A stretch of DNA of 64,000 nucleotides from Parcubacteria group bacterium (GTDB lineage Bacteria; Patescibacteriota; Minisyncoccia; UBA6257; JACRHW01): the NCBI GenBank assembly GCA_016217555.1, contig JACRHW010000017.1:5093-69092 (forward strand). Direction: 5' to 3'. How positions within the stretch are numbered: position 1 is the stretch's first letter; the number at the start of each line of letters is the position of its first letter. A program made the translations under genes and the position numbers. The notes beneath the pieces are model-generated. The model ran no database searches. It worked only from the letters and a program-made list of their open reading frames with translations, and was not told where the DNA came from. Positions 37,142 to 46,088 of the stretch are shown here, in pieces.

Positions 37142-39754
37142 ATGTTTGCCCCATTTAATCGTTTTACATTGAAGGCTCAGGAGGCGATTCAGGCGGCGCA
37201 GGATCTTGCTCTTGAGCGGAATAATGCTGAGCTTAAATCACTCCATCTTTTGGTTGCCCTCCTTGATCAGGAGGAGTCTTTGGTATTTGTTGGGCTTGCA
37301 AAGTTGGGGGTAAATTTGAATTCATTGCGTGCCGCAGTTGAAGTCGAACTCAATCGCCTTCCTCGCGTCGCAGGAGGTGCGCAAAAGGCCCAGCTTTATA
37401 TTTCACAGGAGATGATGCAGATCCTCGAGATTGCGTCTCGAGAGGCGGCTAAAATGAAAGATGAGTTTATCTCGTGTGAACATCTCTTTCTTGGTGTGCT
37501 TGAGGTCGCATCAAGGAGTCGTGAGGTGTTGAAGAATTTTGGAATAAATTATGCAGAGTTTGTAAAAACCCTCCTTGATGTAAGGGGGGGTATGCAGGTG
37601 AACGACGAAACACCAGAGACGAAGTTTAAGACACTTGAAAAATACGCAATCAATCTTACTCAGCTTGCGCGTGAGGGGAAACTTGATCCCACTATTGGGA
37701 GGGACAATGAGCTGAGGCGATTAATACAAATTCTTTCGCGCAGGACAAAGAACAATCCTATTTTAATTGGTGAGCCAGGGGTGGGAAAGACGGCGATTGT
37801 TGAGGGGTTAGCGCAGCGCATTATATCGCAGGATGTACCTGATTTGCTTCAGGGAAAGGAGGTGATTTCACTTGATCTGGGGGCGCTTATTGCTGGTACT
37901 AAGTTTAGAGGTGAGTTTGAGGACCGTCTGAAGGCGTTTATCAAAGAACTTCAAAAGCAGCAGGGGAGGTACATTCTTTTTATCGATGAAATTCATATGA
38001 TTGTAGGGGCTGGTGCTGCAGAGGGGGCGGTTGATGCAGCAAATCTATTAAAATCTCCCCTTGCACGAGGAGAGCTACGTGCCATTGGAGCGACAACGCT
38101 CAAGGAGTATCAGCGACATATCGAGAAAGATGCGGCGCTCGAGCGTAGATTTCAACCTATTCTTGTGGAGGAGCCAAGTATCGAGGATAGTATCGCTATC
38201 CTCCGCGGTCTTAAAATTAAATATGAAATGCATCATGGTGTCAAAATTTCTGATGGTGCTATTGTCGCGGCGGTAAATTTAGGAAGTCGTTATATTTCTA
38301 ATCGCTTTTTGCCCGACAAGGCGGTTGATCTTATAGACGAAGCTTCATCAAGTGTAAAGATTGAGATGGGGTCTATGCCAGTAGAACTTGAGAAGGGTTC
38401 TCGCCTTATTACTCGGCTCGAGATAGAAAAAGAATCGCTTAAGAAAGAGTTGTCGATGGTAAGTAAGAAGCGTCTTCACGAGATAGAGATCGAGCTTACA
38501 AAACTCCATGGAGAAAAGGATGGCTTGATGGGGCAATGGAAAAGCGAAAAAGATGCAATAGAAAAGGTGAACGTATTGCACCGCTCTATTGACGAATTTA
38601 AGCAAGATGCCGAGCGCTACGAACGGGAGGGTGATCTTGAAAAGGTTGCCGAGCTTGTGTATGGAAAAATTCCGCATGCAGAGAAAACACTGACGAATCT
38701 CGAAAGAAAAACAGCAAAAGCACAGCAAAGTTTCCAATTTGTAAAGGAAAAAGTTACCGAGGAGGAGATCGCAAAGGTGGTTTCGCGATGGACGGGCATC
38801 CCTGTTCACAAAATGCTTGAGGGCGAATCTGAAAAACTAAGAACGATGGAGGAGGTGCTGCATAGGCGGGTGGTGGGGCAGGAGGAGGCGGTTACCGCCG
38901 TTTCCCGGGCTATTAAGAGAAGTCGTCTTGGACTTTCTGACGAAAATAAACCGATCGGCTCCTTCTTGTTTTTGGGGCCTACAGGAGTGGGAAAGACAGA
39001 GCTTGCAAAAACGCTTGCTGATTTTATGTTTAATGATGAAAATGCAATTATTCGTCTTGATATGTCTGAGTATATGGAACAGCATTCTATTGCGAAGCTT
39101 ATCGGTTCTCCTCCGGGATATGTCGGATATGATGAGGCGGGGCAACTTACTGAAATCGTAAAACACAGGCCATACTCTCTTATTCTTTTTGATGAAATCG
39201 AAAAGGCACATCCCGAGGTCTTTCATATTCTTCTTCAGGTTCTCGATAATGGGCGCCTTACCGATTCGAAAGGGAGAATGGTGAATTTCAAGAATACGAT
39301 TATTATTATGACCTCAAATATTGGAGGGGAGTTTATCCAGGAGGGAAATCTTGGATTTGCAATGGGAGATAGGTCGGTGGGAGAGGTAAATACCAAAATT
39401 AGAATTCAAGATGCGCTTAAGGGCTATTTCCGCCCCGAATTTCTTAATAGAATCGACGAAATTGTGATTTTTAATGCTTTGCGTGAAGAGGATTTGGAAA
39501 AAATTATTGATCTACAATTAACACAAGTGAGAGAGCGTCTTGCTAAAAAGAATATCGTTTTAAAGATAGACGAAAAAGCACGGAAATATCTTGTCGAGCA
39601 TGGCTATGATCGCGATTTTGGAGCGCGCCCCCTGAAGCGTCTTATACAAAAGCTTGTCGTAGATGCTGTTGCTCAAAAGCTTATTTCCGGAGAACTTAAG
39701 GAGGGCAGGGTGAATGTATCGATGAGGGGACAGGAACTTGTCTTTAGCCGGTAA
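37142..39754 (+). CDS. clpB: ATP-dependent chaperone ClpB
   Basis: Two AAA+ modules (GEPGVGKT and GPTGVGKT), a long coiled-coil M-domain between them and a Clp N-domain. 870 aa. Confidence 0.9.
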   Translation: MFAPFNRFTLKAQEAIQAAQDLALERNNAELKSLHLLVALLDQEESLVFVGLAKLGVNLNSLRAAVEVELNRLPRVAGGAQKAQLYISQEMMQILEIASREAAKMKDEFISCEHLFLGVLEVASRSREVLKNFGINYAEFVKTLLDVRGGMQVNDETPETKFKTLEKYAINLTQLAREGKLDPTIGRDNELRRLIQILSRRTKNNPILIGEPGVGKTAIVEGLAQRIISQDVPDLLQGKEVISLDLGALIAGTKFRGEFEDRLKAFIKELQKQQGRYILFIDEIHMIVGAGAAEGAVDAANLLKSPLARGELRAIGATTLKEYQRHIEKDAALERRFQPILVEEPSIEDSIAILRGLKIKYEMHHGVKISDGAIVAAVNLGSRYISNRFLPDKAVDLIDEASSSVKIEMGSMPVELEKGSRLITRLEIEKESLKKELSMVSKKRLHEIEIELTKLHGEKDGLMGQWKSEKDAIEKVNVLHRSIDEFKQDAERYEREGDLEKVAELVYGKIPHAEKTLTNLERKTAKAQQSFQFVKEKVTEEEIAKVVSRWTGIPVHKMLEGESEKLRTMEEVLHRRVVGQEEAVTAVSRAIKRSRLGLSDENKPIGSFLFLGPTGVGKTELAKTLADFMFNDENAIIRLDMSEYMEQHSIAKLIGSPPGYVGYDEAGQLTEIVKHRPYSLILFDEIEKAHPEVFHILLQVLDNGRLTDSKGRMVNFKNTIIIMTSNIGGEFIQEGNLGFAMGDRSVGEVNTKIRIQDALKGYFRPEFLNRIDEIVIFNALREEDLEKIIDLQLTQVRERLAKKNIVLKIDEKARKYLVEHGYDRDFGARPLKRLIQKLVVDAVAQKLISGELKEGRVNVSMRGQELVFSR

Positions 39755-39822
39755 CATTCATCATCGCCTTGTCATTCTGAAGCGTCATCCGTCAACTGGT
39801 GGAGAAGAATCTCCCGATATCT

Positions 39823-39936
39823 TACCCCACCCGAGACCAAAGCTCATCTCCAAAGGGGAGACCGTTACAACCCCCCTATTATAGCGATAACACCTGACTC
39901 CCCCTTGAGGATGATCATTTGGTCTCGGGTGGGGTA
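39823..39936. mobile_element. MITE-like element with perfect 19-bp terminal inverted repeats TACCCCACCCGAGACCAAA (family G)
   Basis: TACCCCACCCGAGACCAAA (39823-39841) and TTTGGTCTCGGGTGGGGTA (39918-39936) flank a 76-nt interior that has its own hairpin. Confidence 0.5.
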
Positions 39937-39964
39937 CTTGAATGAGGCTTTATGAATTATTTAT

Positions 39965-40747
39965 ATGAAATTTCTTAGACGATATTACAATGAGCTTTTT
40001 TCTTTGTGCGTTTTTTCCCCCCTGGTGATACTTGGGATGCGGTCTGGTGTGGTTGGGGGGATAGGTATTGCGGGTTTTCTTACGTTTTTTGCGGCAATAA
40101 TATTCCGGAATAACTATATTACCGCTTTTTCCGTGTTGTTGCTCATACCCTTTTTGGTATTTGGAGATGTGAGTTCTTTTTTTGGAATCGGACCGACAGC
40201 CTTCGGCTCCCTTATTTCTTTAGTATTTTACCTCTTTTGTTCCTCTTTTTTACACAAAAAAAATTGGATATGGATGTGGTATATTCCGGTATGGCTTTTT
40301 GGTTTTGAGCTCTTAGGTAGTATTTCGTTTGATATATTGAAAGATAGTACTATTTTTGTTGCATTTTTCAGTCTCACACACCTTTTTCTTGCTTTATCTG
40401 TTCCGCGAATCCGTCAGCCGGCGGAGGGAATCCAGAAAACATCGATGTTACCACTGGATCCCCACCTTCGTGGGGATGACACCATTACTGTGGATAAGCC
40501 CGTCCTACTTCGTTTTTTTGCTTTTCTTTTTTCCACACTTTTGTTTGAGCTTTTTTGGGTCATACGGGTACTTCCTTTAGGAGTTTTTTTGGGTTCTCTG
40601 TTTATTGTGGTTTTCTTTTATTTCATTACCCACCTCTATCGTGGTTATATTTTAGAAAAGCCCATTCAGTATTATATTCGTCCTAGCGCGTTTACTTTTC
40701 TTTTATTGCTTGCTATCCTGATAACTGCAATTAAAACTCCTTTTTAA
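39965..40747 (+). CDS. Hypothetical polytopic membrane protein with an in-frame palindromic-repeat insertion
   Basis: About 8 TM helices. A hydrophilic loop ...RIRQPAEGIQKTSMLPLDPHLRGDDTIT... is encoded by GGGAATCCAG ... CTGGATCCCCACCTTCGTGGGGATGACA, a repeat module also present intergenically at 63640-63705. Confidence 0.45.
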   Translation: MKFLRRYYNELFSLCVFSPLVILGMRSGVVGGIGIAGFLTFFAAIIFRNNYITAFSVLLLIPFLVFGDVSSFFGIGPTAFGSLISLVFYLFCSSFLHKKNWIWMWYIPVWLFGFELLGSISFDILKDSTIFVAFFSLTHLFLALSVPRIRQPAEGIQKTSMLPLDPHLRGDDTITVDKPVLLRFFAFLFSTLLFELFWVIRVLPLGVFLGSLFIVVFFYFITHLYRGYILEKPIQYYIRPSAFTFLLLLAILITAIKTPF

Positions 40748-40751
40748 TAGT

Positions 40752-42728
40752 ATGCGTACACTTGTAAAAATCTTTCTTTTTCTTTCTATTTTTTCTTTAA
40801 TAATTTTTTCTACCGATTTATTTTTTCCCTATATTACGGGTAAGATTTTTGCATTTCGTTTTTTCATTGAATTTGCTTTTATCGCATGGATTCTTGATCT
40901 TTTTTTGCGAAAAACGTTACGGTTCCGTTTTTCCGAGCCAATAGTGAAGGCTCTTCTCATTTTTTCCGGCTCCCTAATTGTTTCTGCCTTTTTTGGAGTA
41001 AATCCTTCGTTTAGTTTTTGGTCTGATTTTGAACGTAGCGAGGGACTATTCTCCTTTTTTCATTATCTCGCGTTCTTTATTATGCTTCTTGATGTGTTTG
41101 TCATGGATGATTACTATCGTTTAATTAAAGCATTTCTTATTATTTCTCCTTTTATTGCCTATTATCAGTTTTCTAATTATGTAAATATTGAAAAACATGC
41201 TTTTGGAAGAATTAATGGACTTCTTGGAAATCCTTCCTATGTGGCAACATTTCTTCTTTTTGTTTTTGGTCTTGGTTTTTATCTTGTTCTTAAAAATAGA
41301 GAACTGTTTCGCTCAACAAAAGACGTCTTTGTGTTGTTTGAGAACTGGCTTTGGTGTTTAATTTTATTGATTGACATTCCTGCCTTTTTCTTTACACAAA
41401 CACGTGGAGCATATGTGGGCGTTTTTGTGGCATTGGTTGTTTATCTTATTATGCTTGGGCGATATGGGGTGGCAAAGGAAAAAAAGATGGCCCGGTACAG
41501 TCTTCTTTTTCTGAGCATTTTTATCGTTTTGGGCAGTGTGCTTATCTTAAAAACAAATGTACTCCCATCGAATTTAAAAGATCCGGGAAGTTTGGTTTCT
41601 CGTTTTTCTACATGGAAGGCCGCTTTGCGTGGATTTCTTGATCGTCCTTTGCTCGGATATGGTCCCGAAAATTTTAACATTGCTTTTGATAGACACTATG
41701 ACCCAGTCCATTCGGGACTAGAGACGTGGTTTGATCATGCACACAATCTTCCCGTTGAGCTTCTTGCGGTGACAGGCGTTGTCGGTTTTCTTGCGTATTT
41801 ATATATTTTTTATATTTTTTTTCGCTATTACTTCTCGATTATCCTTAAAAAACGTCCTATCTATGAAGCGGCTCTTTTCCTTGCAATCCCTGTAGCATAT
41901 TTCATTCAAAATCTTGCCCTATTTGATTCTCTTACCTCTTATGTTTTATTTTTTACATTTCTCGCCTTGGCACGCACCATCGTACTAAGGGAAACCAATA
42001 CATATAGTACCAATATAGTGTATTTTGGACGACCATTATTTATTGGGTTGTGTTGCATCATTCTTTTTTTTGCCCCCCTTTTTGGGATATATTCAAACAT
42101 ATTTGCACTACAAAAAAACATGCGCCTTCTCGCCACATTTTTACCACCACAACAATCGTTTTCTCCGAGCGCAAAAGTAAATGTATATAAGCAACTGTTT
42201 GATTTGCCGGGTTTTGTGGGGAGACGTGAGATTTCTACCGCTCTTGCAAAAGATATATTCGATTGGTCTTCTTCTCGTAATCTTAGTAAGTTTTCCAGAG
42301 AAGATTTTGATGCTTTGAATGAAGGAATAAATATGAGTGAAGAATATCTAACACATGACCCTTCTCATATTCGCAATTATTATTTGTTGGGATATGCTTA
42401 TTCATCAATTGGGGGTTATTTTAAAGACAGAAAGGCTCTGATTCGCGGAGAGGATATCCTCAAAAGAGCAGATAAGTTGAGTCCTGGTAGAATAGAATTT
42501 CTTGAAGTTCTGATTAAAAATCTTGGCGCGCAGAAGAAATATGACGAAGCTCTTAAGTATTCTTTAGAAATTATACGATTGCGCCCCGATATGGAGGCGG
42601 GTCACCGATTCGCCGGAGTCTTTTATCAAAAGATAGGAGAGACAAAGAAGGGGAAAGAAGAGCTTGGCAAAGCATTATTGATTAATCCATCTTCAACCGC
42701 ATCCATATTTTTAGAAGAGAACAAGTAG
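40752..42728 (+). CDS. O-antigen-ligase-like (Wzy_C) membrane protein with C-terminal TPR repeats, paralogue 1
   Basis: TQTRGAYVGVF ... WFDHAHNLPVELL is a Wzy_C/O-antigen ligase signature. The C-terminal 200 aa are TPR-like. 658 aa. Confidence 0.55.
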   Translation: MRTLVKIFLFLSIFSLIIFSTDLFFPYITGKIFAFRFFIEFAFIAWILDLFLRKTLRFRFSEPIVKALLIFSGSLIVSAFFGVNPSFSFWSDFERSEGLFSFFHYLAFFIMLLDVFVMDDYYRLIKAFLIISPFIAYYQFSNYVNIEKHAFGRINGLLGNPSYVATFLLFVFGLGFYLVLKNRELFRSTKDVFVLFENWLWCLILLIDIPAFFFTQTRGAYVGVFVALVVYLIMLGRYGVAKEKKMARYSLLFLSIFIVLGSVLILKTNVLPSNLKDPGSLVSRFSTWKAALRGFLDRPLLGYGPENFNIAFDRHYDPVHSGLETWFDHAHNLPVELLAVTGVVGFLAYLYIFYIFFRYYFSIILKKRPIYEAALFLAIPVAYFIQNLALFDSLTSYVLFFTFLALARTIVLRETNTYSTNIVYFGRPLFIGLCCIILFFAPLFGIYSNIFALQKNMRLLATFLPPQQSFSPSAKVNVYKQLFDLPGFVGRREISTALAKDIFDWSSSRNLSKFSREDFDALNEGINMSEEYLTHDPSHIRNYYLLGYAYSSIGGYFKDRKALIRGEDILKRADKLSPGRIEFLEVLIKNLGAQKKYDEALKYSLEIIRLRPDMEAGHRFAGVFYQKIGETKKGKEELGKALLINPSSTASIFLEENK

Positions 42729-42776
42729 CGTGTTCAGGAGGCCAATAATTACAATCAAAACTTTTTTTAAAATTCC

Positions 42777-44753
42777 ATGCGTGTTCTTGTAAAAATCTTT
42801 CTTTTTCTTTCTATTTTTTCTTTAACGTTTTTTTTAGCTGACTATTATTTCCCCTATATTGTCAGCAAGGTATTTCCTTTTCGATTGTTTATCGAGCTTG
42901 CGACAATCTCGTGGCTCATCAATCTCTATTGGTTTCGTATAATACGTTTTAAGTTTTCTGAACCTATTGTAAAGGCTGTTCTTGTTTTTTCTGGGGCACT
43001 TCTTGCCTCCACTCTTTTTGGGGTGAACCCACTCTTTAGTTTTTGGTCTAATTTTGAACGGAGCGAGGGGCTTTTTTCTTTCTTGCATTATTTAGCATTT
43101 TTCATCCTCCTCATTGATGTATTTTCTGAAGATGACTACTATCGTCTTATTAAGTTTCTTCTTCTCCTCTCCCCGCTTATTTCTTATTATGGGTTTTCGA
43201 GTTTTCGGGATGCTAATACTTATCAGTATGGAAGAGTGTTTGGGGTTTTTGGAAATCCCTCATACCTTGCGGCATTTCTTATTTTTGTGTTTGGGTTTGG
43301 TGTGTTGTTGATTTTGAGAAATATAGAATTTGCTAAAGTTTTGAAGGATCCCTTGTTGATTGTCGAAAATATACTTTGGATAGTTCTTTTGTTGGGAGAT
43401 GTTCCAGCATTCATTCTTACACAGACAAGAGGTGCTTACATTGGACTTTTGGTTGGCGTGCTTGTTTTTCTTATCTTTCTTTTGCGGCAGGGAAAGGGGG
43501 TTCAGAAAAAATATGCTGTCGGAGGTCTCATTGTACTTCTTTCTCTTGTTGCGCTTGCGGGGTTTGTCATTTTAAAAACCAAAATAGCTCCGGCGAATCT
43601 TAAGGATCCATCCACACTTGTCTTTCGTTTTGCTACGTGGGGTTCAGCATGGAAATCATTTCTCGACCATCCTCTTTTCGGGTATGGTATGGAAAATTTT
43701 TCAGTTGGATTTGATAAGCACTATAACCCAATCCATTCGGGTGTTGAAGTCTGGTTTGATCACGCCCACAGTGTGATATTTGATGCACTTGCAAGCACGG
43801 GTCTCTTGGGACTTATTTCCTATATTGCTATTTTTGTAGTACTATTTCGTTTCTATCTTCCCGTGATCACAAAACGACGCCCGGTGTTGGAGGCTGGTGT
43901 ATTCTTTGCCCTTCCTATTGCATATTTTGTCCAAAACCTTGTTTTGTTTGATACCCTTTCTTCCTATATCCTTTTCTTTCTCTTTCTTGGTGTGGTGCGT
44001 TCAGTGTTTTTGAAGGAGACAAGCAAGAATAAAGAGAAAACTTTTTTTGCGGCACACCCCATACTACTAAGTTTTGTAGTGGTGATGCTTGTTATTGCTG
44101 TAGTTTTTGGTATTTATGCGAACTTTGTTGCTTATCAAAAAAATAGGGAGTTAAGGACCGCCTACACTCTTTCTCGCCAATCCCAACTTCCTCGTGGAGT
44201 GGAGGAGTATCGAGGATTACTTGATATGCCAGGATATTTAGGAAGAAGGGAGGTGATTAAGGATTTTGCCGCTTATTTGTATGAGTGGTCCGCAAAATCT
44301 GATTTGCGGTCTCTTTCCAAAGAGGATGGTGGTGCCCTGGGTGGGGGCTTGAGGACAGTAAACGATTTTCTTGACAAGGAAGATCCTCAATACCTTAATG
44401 GATATTATCTTTTTGCGAATACCTATAACGTGATTGCATTTAAATTGGGTGATGCTACCGTGTTTCAAAAGACGGAATCTACCCTAAAAGAAATGAATAC
44501 AAAGAGCCCAAATCGCATAGAAATAATCAATTTGCTTGCAGATAATCTTATTGCACAGAGAAAGTATGACGAGGCGCTTAGTTATGCGCTTCAAATTACA
44601 ACACTGCGTCCTGACATGGAGGTGGGGCATAGGCTTGTTGGGTTTGTATACAATAAGATAGGGAGGCGTGACGAAGCTAAAAAAAAGGGGGAGGAGGCTT
44701 TACGTATCAATCCAAGCTCTACCGCCGCAGAATATCTTAAAAAAATACGTTAA
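42777..44753 (+). CDS. O-antigen-ligase-like (Wzy_C) plus TPR membrane protein, paralogue 2
   Basis: Same length (658 aa) and architecture; TQTRGAYIGLLVG ... WFDHAHSVIFDAL. The 5' 50 nt are nearly identical to paralogue 1. Confidence 0.55.
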   Translation: MRVLVKIFLFLSIFSLTFFLADYYFPYIVSKVFPFRLFIELATISWLINLYWFRIIRFKFSEPIVKAVLVFSGALLASTLFGVNPLFSFWSNFERSEGLFSFLHYLAFFILLIDVFSEDDYYRLIKFLLLLSPLISYYGFSSFRDANTYQYGRVFGVFGNPSYLAAFLIFVFGFGVLLILRNIEFAKVLKDPLLIVENILWIVLLLGDVPAFILTQTRGAYIGLLVGVLVFLIFLLRQGKGVQKKYAVGGLIVLLSLVALAGFVILKTKIAPANLKDPSTLVFRFATWGSAWKSFLDHPLFGYGMENFSVGFDKHYNPIHSGVEVWFDHAHSVIFDALASTGLLGLISYIAIFVVLFRFYLPVITKRRPVLEAGVFFALPIAYFVQNLVLFDTLSSYILFFLFLGVVRSVFLKETSKNKEKTFFAAHPILLSFVVVMLVIAVVFGIYANFVAYQKNRELRTAYTLSRQSQLPRGVEEYRGLLDMPGYLGRREVIKDFAAYLYEWSAKSDLRSLSKEDGGALGGGLRTVNDFLDKEDPQYLNGYYLFANTYNVIAFKLGDATVFQKTESTLKEMNTKSPNRIEIINLLADNLIAQRKYDEALSYALQITTLRPDMEVGHRLVGFVYNKIGRRDEAKKKGEEALRINPSSTAAEYLKKIR

Positions 44754-44791
44754 TTATAGTATTGCCTGAGCTTGTCGAAGGCTTACCATTT

Positions 44792-45445
44792 ATGGAAGAT
44801 TTTTCTCAGATATTTCAGACTATCGTTCGTGCGCTTTACATGGTTGCAGGGGGTATTTCTGATGTTTCTTATAAGGAACATTTTAAGTCTGAAATTTTTC
44901 TTTTTGTAGAGGCATATTTTAGACGCGATGTGGAATTGTTTAAAGAACGTGGTTTTATTCTCGATTTCTTTTTGAAGACGGCTATGGATTTGCAGTTTAC
45001 GGCAGAAGAAAATTATATTGTTTTGCACAGGGAAATAAAATCCTTTACAGACAAGTTTGTGGCACATGCAAACGACAAACTTCTTGTTTCCGGTATTCTC
45101 GATTTCCGGAAACTGTTTCCGGAAAAACCAATGCCTGAAGGAGGAGAGGCGGAAGGGGTGGGAAGCCGTTTTGGGATCAATCTCCCTATCCGTGCACCAA
45201 AGATGCGATCGTTTTCTGGTAACAGGATTGTCGGGCTTACGGAACGTCAGCAGTCTATTCTGGAACTTCTCTGTGAAAAAGAAAGTATTCCGCTTATGGA
45301 TGTCCTTGCTCGTTTTCCGGAAATGAATGAGAAGACTATTCGGAATGATCTTCGACTATTGTGTGAGAAGGGGTATGTAAACCATATAGGAAGTGGCGGG
45401 CGGGGAAGTAGATACCAGTTTGTACGTGAAGTATCTAGTATTTAG
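44792..45445 (+). CDS. Hypothetical protein with a C-terminal winged-helix/DeoR-like HTH
   Basis: RQQSILELLCEKESIPLMDVLARFPEMNEKTIRNDLRLLCEKGYV. The start was moved to the ATG at 44792 because the track start lies in a repeat. Confidence 0.4.
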   Translation: MEDFSQIFQTIVRALYMVAGGISDVSYKEHFKSEIFLFVEAYFRRDVELFKERGFILDFFLKTAMDLQFTAEENYIVLHREIKSFTDKFVAHANDKLLVSGILDFRKLFPEKPMPEGGEAEGVGSRFGINLPIRAPKMRSFSGNRIVGLTERQQSILELLCEKESIPLMDVLARFPEMNEKTIRNDLRLLCEKGYVNHIGSGGRGSRYQFVREVSSI

Positions 45446-45556
45446 TATCGTGTATCTGGTATGACCAACCAATAAGAAAGAATTAATAGTAAGGAAAATC
45501 AAAGAATGTGCTTGTGGGGTATACTAACTACAAGATACTGGATACAAAATACACAT
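45431..45556. repeat. Family D repeat, copy 3
   Basis: GTATCTAGTATTTAGTATCGTGTATCTGGTATG ... GGTATACTAACTACAAGATACTGGATAC. Confidence 0.5.
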
Positions 45557-46088
45557 TCTGTAACGTAATTTCTTATCGATTCGTTATAATTAACAAGGAA
45601 CACAGTGTTTTTTATTAGTTTTCCACAGTGAGATCTATTGCAAGGGGGTTGCTTTTTTTGCTAAAATAGAGTATACTAAGCAGGACTCAAGGAATGTAGG
45701 AAAACACTAGGTTTTTTCGCCAAACGGGCGGGCTTTTAGGGAGCGTTTTTCTTTTCACACCTGTTTTATCGCAATGTTGTGATACAATAGGTGTGAAAAG
45801 AAAAGGGACGTAACGATTGCAGTAGATAGACAGGAGGTGATGGACTGTTATTTGAAAACTGAATAAGGGCTAGATAAAAAATGGTAGCGCCTGAGCTTGT
45901 CGAAGGCTTACCAAATTAATTCTTTTTTTCTCGATGTAATGAGTCGTAATCAAGGTCGGTGATTCGTTTAACACGAATCATGCTCTCGGCTCTTCTAGAA
46001 ATGTGTATGTAAACAAATAATTAAGCGATTTGTTTTGTGGCGTCGAACCACAAAGGAATCGCGTAACAAAAATTAAATACAAAAAATT

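Noticed and set aside
44757-45915. Possible CRISPR-like spaced repeats (GCCTGAGCTTGTCGAAGGCTTACCA at 44757 and 45883; others scattered)
   Set aside because: There are only two copies about 1.1 kb apart, with no regular spacing and no cas genes. They belong to the dispersed palindromic repeat families.
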